This document shows, one piece after another, positions 52,795-60,984 of a stretch of DNA of 64,000 nt. This stretch comes from a virus (lineage: Duplodnaviria > Caudoviricetes). The notes beneath the pieces are model-generated. The model was given only the letters and a program-made list of their open reading frames with translations, had not been told where the DNA came from and did not search any database. The first letter of the stretch is position 1. Each line of letters opens with the position of its first letter. The stretch lies in the IMG/VR virus record IMGVR_UViG_2974682767_000001, positions 5,898 through 69,897 of that record. One strand, written 5' to 3'. The translations under genes were made by a program, and so were the position numbers.

Positions 52795-53389
52795 CCAACC
52801 GGCGGGCACCGTGCGCGAGGGCGTCAGCCACACGGCCACGCTGCTGGAGCGCCACCACATCACCATCCCGGTGGGCGCGACCAACGACAACGTGGCCGTG
52901 GCCCGGCTGCACGCCGAGGCGTGGGCGCGGGCGCACGGGTTCGACATTGCCGCCGGGTCGTTCCAGGTGCTCCAGACCCGTGGCGCTCGGCCCGGCCCGG
53001 TCAGCCAGTACGTCGGGGTGGCGTTCGATGTCGTGGTGGGCAAGGGCGACATATGCCTGGACCAGCGCGAGCCGGGCAGCCGGGACACCTGGACGTGGAG
53101 TCAGGGCCACGCCGAGCGCGTCTGGCGGCTGCTCAACGGCGTCGTGGCCAAGGCCGGGGCGCGGGTCATCCGCCCGCGCGCTGACGGCCTGGCCTCGGTC
53201 ACCGAGCTGCCCGGCGCGTCGTTCGGCAACCCCCTGCGCCACCCGAGCGCCGAGTGGCTGGGCGGCGGTGCGTTGCGCGGCGAGGGCATCAGCCCCGGCC
53301 CCATCCCCGGCGCGGGTCCGCAGTCCGGCACCGGCCAGTTGCCCCCGTGGTTCCGCCGTGGCACCGACGAGGACCCCGATGCGACGTAG
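52556..53389 (+). CDS. hypothetical protein overlapping upstream gene by up to 239 nt
   Basis: GAAGGGA before GTG 52556; coding bias in both frames; start uncertain. Confidence 0.6.
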   Translation: MSDQKTPTSSTPRPLTNLMAYRLRKAARTAASRVGLAPPTTPPMPAQDMRPDVPEAYKDTLATPSTPPTSAVGPTSRTTDQPAGTVREGVSHTATLLERHHITIPVGATNDNVAVARLHAEAWARAHGFDIAAGSFQVLQTRGARPGPVSQYVGVAFDVVVGKGDICLDQREPGSRDTWTWSQGHAERVWRLLNGVVAKAGARVIRPRADGLASVTELPGASFGNPLRHPSAEWLGGGALRGEGISPGPIPGAGPQSGTGQLPPWFRRGTDEDPDAT

Positions 53390-53585
53390 CCGCCAGCGTC
53401 CCGCCCGCACCCCGTACCAGCTCGGGTGTGCGGTCGGGGCGTGGCTGTTCCTGCTCGCCGCCGTGGCGTTCGCGCTGTCGGGCTGCACGGCCCACGACCG
53501 GGGCGACGTAGTGGGCGCGGTGGCCGGTGTCGTCGTGGCCCTGCTCGGCGCGCTGGCGTGCGCCAGGACGGCGCGGACGGGCTGA
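53379..53585 (+). CDS. small membrane protein
   Basis: Two hydrophobic segments; GAGGA RBS. Confidence 0.55.
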   Translation: MRRSRQRPARTPYQLGCAVGAWLFLLAAVAFALSGCTAHDRGDVVGAVAGVVVALLGALACARTARTG

Positions 53586-53809
53586 TGGGCCGGGGTGGTC
53601 GCCGCGCGATGGCGCGCAACCGGGCGATGCGCAAGGCGATGGGGTCGGTGCGGACGGCGGGCTGTCTGACGCCGGACAAACGCCGGTACCGCACCCTCGG
53701 CGAGGCGGTGGCCGACGCCGCGCGCCTGGTCCTGGAGGGGCGCACCGGCCTGACCCCGTACCCGTGCGGTCGCCACTACCATCTGACCTCATCGGCCCGG
53801 CGGGGGTAG
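53585..53809 (+). CDS. small basic Cys/His protein
   Basis: C.TPDKRRY...YPCGRHYHLTS. Confidence 0.65.
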   Translation: MGRGGRRAMARNRAMRKAMGSVRTAGCLTPDKRRYRTLGEAVADAARLVLEGRTGLTPYPCGRHYHLTSSARRG

Positions 53810-53826
53810 TCGGCTATCCTGCGGTC

Positions 53827-54150
53827 ATGGCCTTGACCCGTGACCAGCGCCGCGCGATGGAGCGCAGCATGGCCAGGATGCGCGAACGGCAGCACGCCGC
53901 CGCCATCCGGCCCACCAGCCCCGTGCCCGCCGACGCGCCGGTCCTGACGCCGGACGCCAACGAGGGGTTCGCCCCCGAGGGCGTCATGCGCGAGGAGGCA
54001 CCGGCCCCGGCGGGTCCGCCGCCGGACAAGGTGCGCCGGGTCGCTGGCACGATGTGGTGGGCGGCGCAGTCCCCGGCCATCGCCGACGACCAGCGCGAGC
54101 GCATCCTGGAGGCGCGGGACGTGGTGCTCCAGGAGGCTGCCTCGGCATGA
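53827..54150 (+). CDS. hypothetical protein (leaderless)
   Basis: TATCCT 6 nt upstream of ATG. Confidence 0.65.
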   Translation: MALTRDQRRAMERSMARMRERQHAAAIRPTSPVPADAPVLTPDANEGFAPEGVMREEAPAPAGPPPDKVRRVAGTMWWAAQSPAIADDQRERILEARDVVLQEAASA

Positions 54151-54242
54151 CCCCGCACTGCTGGGCGGCTGTGCTCATCTCCTGCCTCGCCCTCGGGTTC
54201 GCCATCGCCGCGTTCTCGCTGGCCCTGGCGGCGATGCCATGA
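54147..54242 (+). CDS. 31-aa single-TM peptide
   Basis: ATGA overlaps both ends; AGGAGG RBS. Confidence 0.55.
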   Translation: MTPHCWAAVLISCLALGFAIAAFSLALAAMP

Positions 54243-54781
54243 CCTCGGCGGACATCCCCAAGTGGCAGCCCGACGAGCTGCTGGTACCGGCCATCCTGGC
54301 GGGCAGCCCCACCACGATGGACGACCTGACGCTGGCTGACCAGGCGTGGGTCGTGCTCCAGCTCAAGGACCTCGGCCACACCGCCGAGTACACCGCCGAA
54401 CGCCTCGGGTGCTCGGTGCGGCTGGTGCGGGCGCGCATCAGCGACGACCTCGGCCAGGTCATGCGGCGATACATGGACACCGCCGAGCATTTCGACCGCG
54501 AGCACGCGATGGCCCACAGCGAGGTCCAACGCCTGGCCCGCGCCCTCGGCGAGGCCGAGCGCGACCGGGACCGATACCTCGGCGAGCGCAACCGGCTCAT
54601 CGACCGGGCGATGTCCGGCGAGGGCGGGCCGGTGTTCCGGTGCGGGTGCCCGCAGACTCGATACAACACCTACGTGGCCCCCAAGACGGGCAAGCGAGGG
54701 TGTCGGCATCACCGCACCCTCGCCCAGCAGCGTTACCGCGAGCGACGGGCCGGGGCGCGGCGCACGCCGGTCACGACGTAG
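54239..54781 (+). CDS. HTH protein with coiled coil and C-terminal Cys/His motif
   Basis: GHTAEYTAERLGCSVRLVRAR; CGC...NTY...GCRHHR. Confidence 0.7.
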   Translation: MTSADIPKWQPDELLVPAILAGSPTTMDDLTLADQAWVVLQLKDLGHTAEYTAERLGCSVRLVRARISDDLGQVMRRYMDTAEHFDREHAMAHSEVQRLARALGEAERDRDRYLGERNRLIDRAMSGEGGPVFRCGCPQTRYNTYVAPKTGKRGCRHHRTLAQQRYRERRAGARRTPVTT

Positions 54782-54984
54782 GCGCTGGCCTGGTCGCCGT
54801 TGTGGCAGTAGCCAACGCCCCACTTGGCCTCATAGCCCTTGGCGAATCGCACCATTGCGCGGGGTCCCTCGATGGCGGCGGCAGCCTTGTCGGCGGCGGT
54901 CACGGTGACCTTGCCGCCGGTACGGCCTCCATTCATGGTGAACGTGACGACGAACTGGGTGGCGGGGCTGGTCTGCGTGGTCAT
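54733..54984 (-). CDS. hypothetical protein (leaderless, family promoter)
   Basis: TATTGT 7 nt upstream of ATG. Confidence 0.75.
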   Translation of the reverse strand: MTTQTSPATQFVVTFTMNGGRTGGKVTVTAADKAAAAIEGPRAMVRFAKGYEAKWGVGYCHNGDQASAYVVTGVRRAPARRSR

Positions 54985-54991
54985 GCAGATG

Positions 54992-55020
54992 ACAATACCG
55001 TAGAAGTCGGGAAACTACAA
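54992..55020 (-). promoter_or_regulatory. conserved promoter, stem-less leaderless variant
   Basis: TTGTAG TTTCCCGACTTCTACGG TATTGT. Confidence 0.75.
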
Positions 55021-55028
55021 CCCGAAAC

Positions 55029-55073
55029 GAGAACACCCCCGACCTGGTGGCCGGGGGTGTCGGGGGTGTTCTC
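55029..55073 (-). terminator. intrinsic terminator
   Basis: Perfect 15-bp arms GAGAACACCCCCGAC/GTCGGGGGTGTTCTC followed by GTTT on minus strand. Confidence 0.8.
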
Positions 55074-55079
55074 GGTGTC

Positions 55080-55253
55080 TCAGACGCGCCGCCCGTTGTG
55101 GGCCAGGTTGAACGCGATGACCTCGTTGAGGTGGGCGGTGGCTGCCTCCTCGGTGGGGCCGTAGCCGCTGGCGCTGGCACCGTGCTCGGTGATGGTGGCG
55201 CGGACGCGGGCGTCGGCGGGGCTGAAACGGTCGGTGGTGAAAACGATGTCCAT
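55080..55253 (-). CDS. 57-aa hypothetical protein (below ORF track cutoff)
   Basis: MDIVFTTDRFSPADARVRATITEHG...; between a family promoter and a terminator. Confidence 0.75.
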   Translation of the reverse strand: MDIVFTTDRFSPADARVRATITEHGASASGYGPTEEAATAHLNEVIAFNLAHNGRRV

Positions 55254-55280
55254 GAACGTCTCGATTCTCTATTTAGGTCC

Positions 55281-55335
55281 GGCGGGTCTGTCCCGCCTAC
55301 AAGAACCACAATACCGTATAAGTCGGGATTGTCAA
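55281..55335 (-). promoter_or_regulatory. conserved promoter cassette
   Basis: TTGACA ATCCCGACTTATACGG TATTGT, then GGCGGG-ACAGA-CCCGCC. Confidence 0.85.
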
Positions 55336-55344
55336 ACCCGGCGC

Positions 55345-55364
55345 GCACCCTCGGGGCATAGCCT
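55345..55364 (+). promoter_or_regulatory. candidate GCAC-N10-TAnnnT leaderless promoter
   Basis: GCAC cctcggggca TAGCCT; ATG 6 nt downstream. Confidence 0.6.
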
Positions 55365-55370
55365 GACGGC

Positions 55371-55670
55371 ATGGCATCACGCGGCGGACGTTCCAGCGGC
55401 TCACTCAAGGGCGGGCGCAAGTCGGTGGCCCGGCGCGGCCACGGCGGACCCCGACTCAACCGACGGCTCGGCGGTCATGCGACGTTCGCGCGCTCGGGCA
55501 CCACGACCCCATACGGGCCGGGCACGCCGAGCGTGAAGCGCCGCGACGTGTACGACGCGCTGCGCCGCAAGGGGTACAGCAAGGAAAAGGCAGCCCGCAT
55601 CGCCAACGCCACGGCCAACGGCACCAACAGCGGCAACCGAGGGCGCAAGGGTCCGCGCGGACGCCGCTGA
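55371..55670 (+). CDS. very basic Arg/Gly/Lys-rich protein
   Basis: VYDALRRKGYSKEKAARIANA core flanked by RG-rich tails. Confidence 0.75.
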   Translation: MASRGGRSSGSLKGGRKSVARRGHGGPRLNRRLGGHATFARSGTTTPYGPGTPSVKRRDVYDALRRKGYSKEKAARIANATANGTNSGNRGRKGPRGRR

Positions 55671-55685
55671 GTCATCACCGGGTCA

Positions 55686-56405
55686 TCACAACCCGTAGCC
55701 GTTCAGCATCTCGCGGGCGTCGGCCTCGGCCTGCTCGTCGTCCTCGGTGTCGCAGCACATCGCGCAGACGATGGCCGGGTCCCCGTGGTTCCCGCGCCGC
55801 CCGTCGCACTCCACCGGGCGCTCGGTGTGGAACGCATCGAACTCGGCGAATATCCCCTCCAGGCTGGGTTCGGTGGGCCAGCGCACCGGCACCGTGGCCA
55901 CGATGGGCACCAGCGCCGCGCCAGGTGCCTCGGCGACGGCCTCCAGCAGCTCGGCCACGCCGGTCGCGGGCTGCTCGGGCAGCGTCCCGTCCACCGTCCG
56001 GCAGTCGCGGCAGCGGTACAGCCCGGCCTCGGTGTAGGCCATCAGGCGGCGGTTGGGCGTGCGGTTGCACCCCTGGCACCAGTCGTAGGTCTGGCCGTCG
56101 CCGCGCCAGGGCGTGTCCAGCTCCAGGATGGCGCGAGGGACCAGCGGGCGGCATGAGCATCCCGGCGTATCGCACAGCTCGGCGTGGCCGGGCGCAGGCG
56201 TCACCGGGGCCGGGCGGCGTGGGGTGTCCGCCGTCGGCCAGGACCGGCCCACGTCGGCGACGAACGCCTGGTACGCGCTCGCCGCCTCGCGGGCGACCTC
56301 GGCGCGGATGCGGGTGCGGTCGTGGGTGTACTGGAACACCCCCGCCGCACCGGCCAGCGCCCCGGCCCCGCCGATCAGTTGCAATATCAGCTCGGTCGTC
56401 ACCAC
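55686..56405 (-). CDS. N-terminal TM protein with Cys-rich segments; N-terminus paralogous to 7625..7957
   Basis: LILQLIGGAGALAG; several CxxC. Confidence 0.7.
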   Translation of the reverse strand: MVTTELILQLIGGAGALAGAAGVFQYTHDRTRIRAEVAREAASAYQAFVADVGRSWPTADTPRRPAPVTPAPGHAELCDTPGCSCRPLVPRAILELDTPWRGDGQTYDWCQGCNRTPNRRLMAYTEAGLYRCRDCRTVDGTLPEQPATGVAELLEAVAEAPGAALVPIVATVPVRWPTEPSLEGIFAEFDAFHTERPVECDGRRGNHGDPAIVCAMCCDTEDDEQAEADAREMLNGYGL

Positions 56406-56794
56406 TCCACCTCCACGACGGTGCAGCCGACGGCGTGGCCGTTTCGGCGGCTGAACCAGAACTCAACGCCGCACGTCTTGCACATCCCGTCCTCGGTGAA
56501 CGGGTCGGACTCGGCCCGCTGCTCGGCGCGTTCCCGTGGGCCGGACTTGTGCGAGCACGTCGCGCACTGCGGGCGGATGTTGGACCGCACGTAGCGCCCG
56601 CCCTTGTAGCCGGGCACGATGCGGTCGCTGACCACCTCGTCCTCGGTGAGCAGCTTGCCGCACTCCCAACACGGCACCTTGACGCCATCGCCGCCGAACC
56701 CGGCGCGCTCGCTGACCAGCCACGCGCGGCGCGCCCGGCGGTCGTAGCTGTTGCCTCGCTTGTCGTCGCCCGTGAACTGGCGGGACACCCCCAT
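56399..56794 (-). CDS. HNH endonuclease-like protein
   Basis: CWECG...DRIVPGYKGG.Y..SNIRPQCATCS. Confidence 0.8.
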   Translation of the reverse strand: MGVSRQFTGDDKRGNSYDRRARRAWLVSERAGFGGDGVKVPCWECGKLLTEDEVVSDRIVPGYKGGRYVRSNIRPQCATCSHKSGPRERAEQRAESDPFTEDGMCKTCGVEFWFSRRNGHAVGCTVVEVEW

Positions 56795-56967
56795 CAGCGC
56801 ACCTCCTCGCGGTCGTGCTGCGGGGCGCACAGGTCGGCGCGGCGGTGCATTGGCTGCCAGCACGCCGGGCATTGCCACAGGTCGGGGTACATCGGGTCCG
56901 GCGTCGTCAGCTTGGTGCCCGACCCGATGCACGGCACCCGGTACCGGCGGCGTCTCCAGCGTGGCAT
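56794..56967 (-). CDS. small Cys-rich protein
   Basis: Coupled overlaps. Confidence 0.65.
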   Translation of the reverse strand: MPRWRRRRYRVPCIGSGTKLTTPDPMYPDLWQCPACWQPMHRRADLCAPQHDREEVR

Positions 56968-57134
56968 CAGTCCAGCCTCCCATCGGTGGCGCTGGGCGGG
57001 TCGAACACCAGCCGCCAGCCCTGCGGCGTGGCGAGCACGACCCAGTGCCAGCGCGGTGCCCACTCGGGGCAGCGGATGGCCACGTCGGCGTCGAACAGCG
57101 CCCGCACGCCCTCGTAGGTCGGCATCGCGGTCAC
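56967..57134 (-). CDS. 55-aa hypothetical protein (below ORF track cutoff)
   Basis: GTGA overlap; MTAMPTYEGVRALFDADVAIRCPEW... Confidence 0.65.
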   Translation of the reverse strand: MTAMPTYEGVRALFDADVAIRCPEWAPRWHWVVLATPQGWRLVFDPPSATDGRLD

Positions 57135-57349
57135 TCCACCGTCCCGTCGTAGGTGAACCGCCCGAACCAGGTGCGGGACTTCACGTAGCGGTGTTTGAGG
57201 ATGGGCACCTCGCGGTCGCCGGTCACGTCGTCCCAGATGTCCGGCGGGGCGGCGTACTGGGCGATGGTGATGGCCGACAGCGTGTCCGGCACCTCGCGGC
57301 GCTCGCCGTCCAGCGGGCCACCGAACAGGACCACCTCCACCGTGCTCAC
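57131..57349 (-). CDS. hypothetical protein
   Basis: LFGGPLDGE motif; GTGA overlap. Confidence 0.7.
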   Translation of the reverse strand: MSTVEVVLFGGPLDGERREVPDTLSAITIAQYAAPPDIWDDVTGDREVPILKHRYVKSRTWFGRFTYDGTVE

Positions 57350-57552
57350 CTCGGCACCGTCCCGGCTCGGCGTCGGCGGGCGTCCAGGCTGGCGCACGTC
57401 GGCGTGTGGTCCTCGTCGTCGTGGGTGTTGCAACACCGCCGGATGGCCCCGCGCGCCGTCTCGGTGGGCACGGGCGCGCCGCAGATGACGCACGACGGCC
57501 ACCCGAACCCGCCCGAGGGGTCGGCGTAGTAGCAGCGGTGTCCGGCGGTCAT
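57346..57552 (-). CDS. small Cys/His-rich protein
   Basis: ATGA overlap. Confidence 0.6.
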   Translation of the reverse strand: MTAGHRCYYADPSGGFGWPSCVICGAPVPTETARGAIRRCCNTHDDEDHTPTCASLDARRRRAGTVPR

Positions 57553-57971
57553 CGTCGGCCCGGCCTGGTCAGGTTGGTGGCGCACGTCCCCGGCTCGGGC
57601 TGCATCCGGTACACGTCCCCGGTGAAGTGGCCGACGTAGACCATGCCGCCGGGGTACTGACGGCGCGCACCCTGCTCGGGGCGGCGGTGCCGACCGGCGT
57701 AGTTCCAGTGGCTCACCGGGCGGGGTATCCGCATGTGGAACAGCAGCACCTCGCCGTCGCGGGTGAACCGACGCCAGGGAATCGGCCCGGTCACCGTGGT
57801 GTAGCCGTCGCGGGCGGTGATGTTGCGCTCGGCGAACATCAGCTCCATGTCGTGGCGCGGGGCGCGGTGCTTGGCCCGCTGGTGGGCGGGTTCGCGCGAG
57901 GTCCCCGTCCAGTGCCGTCCCTCGTCGCCGTAGCCGTACCGGCTGGAGAACGTCCGGCGGTCGGCCCTCAT
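57549..57971 (-). CDS. hypothetical protein
   Basis: ATGA overlap. Confidence 0.65.
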   Translation of the reverse strand: MRADRRTFSSRYGYGDEGRHWTGTSREPAHQRAKHRAPRHDMELMFAERNITARDGYTTVTGPIPWRRFTRDGEVLLFHMRIPRPVSHWNYAGRHRRPEQGARRQYPGGMVYVGHFTGDVYRMQPEPGTCATNLTRPGRR

Positions 57972-58249
57972 CGGTCGCACACTCCAGGGCGGTGGACCAG
58001 GAAACAGTCCAGGCACACGACCTCGCCGGGGTGGACCTCCAGCTCGGCGGCGGTGATGGTGTCGGCCTGCGTCGTCTTGCCCGCCCAGCCCTCGCCCGGC
58101 TCGCGCGGGTCGAACGGGCCGTTTCCGGCGTGCTGGTCGTCATGCCAGTGGGCAATGGCCTCCAGGCTGGCCGGGTCCCCCTCCTCGCCGAACAGGGCGA
58201 GGAGGTCGGCCTGGCCCTCGCACACGCCGCAGCGCAGCCCCGGCATCAC
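57968..58249 (-). CDS. hypothetical protein with CxxC motifs
   Basis: GTGA overlap. Confidence 0.65.
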   Translation of the reverse strand: MMPGLRCGVCEGQADLLALFGEEGDPASLEAIAHWHDDQHAGNGPFDPREPGEGWAGKTTQADTITAAELEVHPGEVVCLDCFLVHRPGVCDR

Positions 58250-58596
58250 CGCGTGCCGCCCTCGGTCAGGTCCATGCCGACGCCGAGCACGCCGTCCCGC
58301 AGGTCGGCGTCGGTCGGGTCGCCGACGGCGCAGGCGGGGCACGACGAGCGCGGGGCGCTGTGGCCGGGCGCGGCGACACCGACCGGCAGGCCGTCGCGGT
58401 CCTCGGTGGTGCGGTCGCGGGCCATGCGCTCGCGGCTGGTGCGCCCGAGGCGGTCCAGGACGCTGTTGCGGTTGGCCTCGCGCTGTTCCTCCAGCAGCTC
58501 GGTCAGTTTGCCGTCGATGGACTTGAGGGTGGACAGGAACTCGCCGACGGTGGCCGGGATGTCCAGGTTGCCGATGTTGATGCCGGGCAGCTTCAT
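58246..58596 (-). CDS. hypothetical protein
   Basis: ATGA overlap. Confidence 0.7.
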   Translation of the reverse strand: MKLPGINIGNLDIPATVGEFLSTLKSIDGKLTELLEEQREANRNSVLDRLGRTSRERMARDRTTEDRDGLPVGVAAPGHSAPRSSCPACAVGDPTDADLRDGVLGVGMDLTEGGTR

Positions 58597-58868
58597 GGTG
58601 CGTAACGTCCTTTGCTGTCGATGTTGAGTCCGCCCCGCCGTAGCCGGGCGATGTCGTTGGCGCGGGCGCGCCAATCGCTGGGGGTCCCGGCGATGCCGCC
58701 GAGGTATTCGCCGTCCAGGTAGACCTTGTAGTGTCCATCCTTGCCACGGTGGGGCCGGACTTCACCGCCCGCCGCGCGGATGGCGTCCAGCAGCTTGCGG
58801 GTGTCCTTGTTGGACCCCCGGCACCCGGCGGCGCGCTTGCTGCCGGGCTGGGGTTCGGGGCGGGTCAT
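58593..58868 (-). CDS. HicA-like toxin/RNA-binding protein
   Basis: RKLLDAIRAAGGEVR...GHYKVYLDG...IAGTPSDWRA...RLRR.G. Confidence 0.65.
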   Translation of the reverse strand: MTRPEPQPGSKRAAGCRGSNKDTRKLLDAIRAAGGEVRPHRGKDGHYKVYLDGEYLGGIAGTPSDWRARANDIARLRRGGLNIDSKGRYAP

Positions 58869-59143
58869 TGGCCCGTGGCCTGCCACTCGCCGGTACGCCG
58901 CGAGCGCATCGCCAGCGTCTCGCCGCTGATGCGGTAGACGCTGCCGAGGACCCCGGTGTCCACGATGACGACCTCGGGCGCATAGGGCGGGTGTCCGAGG
59001 CGGTGCTGGGGCGGTCGGATGCCCTCGGCGGCGAGCACGGCCAGCCACTCCTCGCTGGTGCCGCTGAACTGGTCCGAGTCCGGCTGGTTGGCGTCCTCCC
59101 ACGTCTCGCCGTCGATGCGGACCCACTCGGGCTGGTGCGTCAT
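58865..59143 (-). CDS. hypothetical protein
   Basis: ATGA overlap. Confidence 0.7.
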   Translation of the reverse strand: MTHQPEWVRIDGETWEDANQPDSDQFSGTSEEWLAVLAAEGIRPPQHRLGHPPYAPEVVIVDTGVLGSVYRISGETLAMRSRRTGEWQATGQ

Positions 59144-59364
59144 CGGGCACCTCCACGCGCGAGGTAGCCCCGGTAGACCATGACGGCCAGGTCAATGTCG
59201 CTGTTGGCGGCGACCTCGGCCAGGCTGCGGATGTCGCCGTTGTCGAACTGCTCGGGGACGAACGTGCCGACCGCGACGGCGCAGTGGACGTAGTGCGGGA
59301 ACTCATGGGCGTCCCGCGTGAGGCAGGTGCAACGGTCGTCGTCGCCTGCGTTCCAGTGGTTCAT
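59140..59364 (-). CDS. hypothetical protein driven by cassette
   Basis: GAGGAGG RBS directly after conserved stem. Confidence 0.8.
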   Translation of the reverse strand: MNHWNAGDDDRCTCLTRDAHEFPHYVHCAVAVGTFVPEQFDNGDIRSLAEVAANSDIDLAVMVYRGYLARGGAR

Positions 59365-59377
59365 CGTGACCTCCTCG

Positions 59378-59432
59378 GGCGGGTCGTTCCCGCCTACACC
59401 AAGGACAATACCGTACAGCTCGGGATAGTCAA
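59378..59432 (-). promoter_or_regulatory. conserved promoter cassette
   Basis: TTGACT ATCCCGAGCTGTACGG TATTGT, then GGCGGG-AACGA-CCCGCC. Confidence 0.85.
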
Positions 59433-59446
59433 GCCTTGCACGCTGG

Positions 59447-59680
59447 TTATTTCTGGGTGATGACCCGGCCAGCGCGCGGCAAAGGTGCCGACTTGGCGGG
59501 TACCGACTTGGCGGGTGTCGGCCTCGCCGGTACCGCGTGCTTGCGGGCCACCCCGTCCTTGCGCGGGGCCAGGCGCTTGCCGCAGACGGCGCAGGCCACG
59601 GCGGCGGCGTAGCGGACACCCCCGTGGGGTCCCGTCCACCAGACGGGCAATGTCCGCTCGCCGACGCCGGGGCACTGCAC
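59447..59680 (-). CDS. small basic Cys-containing protein
   Basis: Start overlaps upstream TAG; CAVCGK...RKH. Confidence 0.6.
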   Translation of the reverse strand: MQCPGVGERTLPVWWTGPHGGVRYAAAVACAVCGKRLAPRKDGVARKHAVPARPTPAKSVPAKSAPLPRAGRVITQK

Positions 59681-59934
59681 TACTCGCCCCCGTGCTCGGC
59701 AGCCGACCCGCCGAACCCGCCGTTGTGGAACCCGCCGTGTTTGGCTTTGGCCGAGAACAGCGGGCGGCGCGAGGACTGCCACGCCACGGGCATGAACCCG
59801 CCCGCCGACATGAAGCTGTCCAGCCCCTCGAACAGCTCGGCACCGCGCTCCACGTCGGCCTGGCTGATGCGCTGCTCGCTGCGCACCCTGGCGACCAGGG
59901 CACGCAGCTCGCGCAGCGTCTCGTCGGGGTCCAC
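59680..59934 (-). CDS. conserved actinophage hypothetical protein
   Basis: MDPDETL...FEGLDSFMSAGGFMPVAW. Confidence 0.7.
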   Translation of the reverse strand: MDPDETLRELRALVARVRSEQRISQADVERGAELFEGLDSFMSAGGFMPVAWQSSRRPLFSAKAKHGGFHNGGFGGSAAEHGGE

Positions 59935-60443
59935 TACGGCCTGTCCTGCGCGTCGTAGACCGGCACGGTGCGCCGCACGCGCCCGTAGCGCGCCATCTCC
60001 TCGGCCACGGGCGGCTCGGCCCCGGCTGGCATCAAGGACCGGCTGTCGGTGAACTGGTACAGCGTGTGCCAATTGGCCTCGCCGATGAAGTTGAGCAGGC
60101 CGGGCCAGTTGAAACGGCGCGTCTCCTGGCCGGTGACGGCCCACCGCGTCACGCGGGTGCGGCCACGGCCCTCCTGCCAGCCAATCGCGGCGTAGGTGTA
60201 GACCCGCCCCGACTCGTACCGGCTGAACATGACGAACTCGGGCAGACCGGCCTCCACGGCGGGTTCCTGCGGACGGCGTGCCGCCTCCTCGGCCTGGCGG
60301 GCGGCGAGCGCCTGCTGTGCCAGCTCGTCGGCGATGGCCCGCGCCCGGCGCGCCTCGGCGTCGATTTCGGCGGACGTGCGCACGCCGGACAGCCGCGAGG
60401 GGTTCGGCAGCGCGTCGGCCTCGGGCGTTTCGGAAAATGACAT
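59934..60443 (-). CDS. hypothetical protein
   Basis: AGGAGG RBS with CACAACC element. Confidence 0.8.
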   Translation of the reverse strand: MSFSETPEADALPNPSRLSGVRTSAEIDAEARRARAIADELAQQALAARQAEEAARRPQEPAVEAGLPEFVMFSRYESGRVYTYAAIGWQEGRGRTRVTRWAVTGQETRRFNWPGLLNFIGEANWHTLYQFTDSRSLMPAGAEPPVAEEMARYGRVRRTVPVYDAQDRP

Positions 60444-60580
60444 GGGTACCTCCTGGTGGTTGTGGTTGTCGTGCGCTCCTCGCGGTGGTCCCGACCCACC
60501 CCCGCCACCCTGCGCGGGGCGGCGGCGCTCCATGCGCTACGAGGACTGCGCGCGTTGGCCGGTCGCGCCCCCGGTGCAGC

Positions 60581-60964
60581 CTAGTCGGGCAGCTTGGCCC
60601 CCTCGATGTGGTTGACCCAGTTGATGACCTTGAGAACGTCCAGGCCGTTGGCGTTGTCCAGGTCGATGACCGCCACGCGGTCGGTGGTGCCGTAGGACAG
60701 GTTGGCCACGGTGCCCGCCACCCAGTTCGGGGTCAGCTTGTGCCAGGTGACGCCGCTGCGCTGGTCGTTCTCGTTGCCCTCAAACGGCGGGCGGATGCTG
60801 CCGTCGGTCAGGCCGATCATCATGTCGAACAGGATGGCCTCGCCGGACTCCACCCGGTCGCTGCTGCTCATCTTGCCGGGAATGGTCGGGTAGGTGCTGC
60901 CGCCGTCGGTGCTGGGTCCCTTGCGGTCGGGGGTGCCGGTGACGATGGCGATGGTGGCGGACAT
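60581..60964 (-). CDS. hypothetical protein driven by cassette
   Basis: GAGGAG RBS. Confidence 0.85.
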   Translation of the reverse strand: MSATIAIVTGTPDRKGPSTDGGSTYPTIPGKMSSSDRVESGEAILFDMMIGLTDGSIRPPFEGNENDQRSGVTWHKLTPNWVAGTVANLSYGTTDRVAVIDLDNANGLDVLKVINWVNHIEGAKLPD

Positions 60965-60984
60965 GGGGTTCTCCTCGCGGTCGG

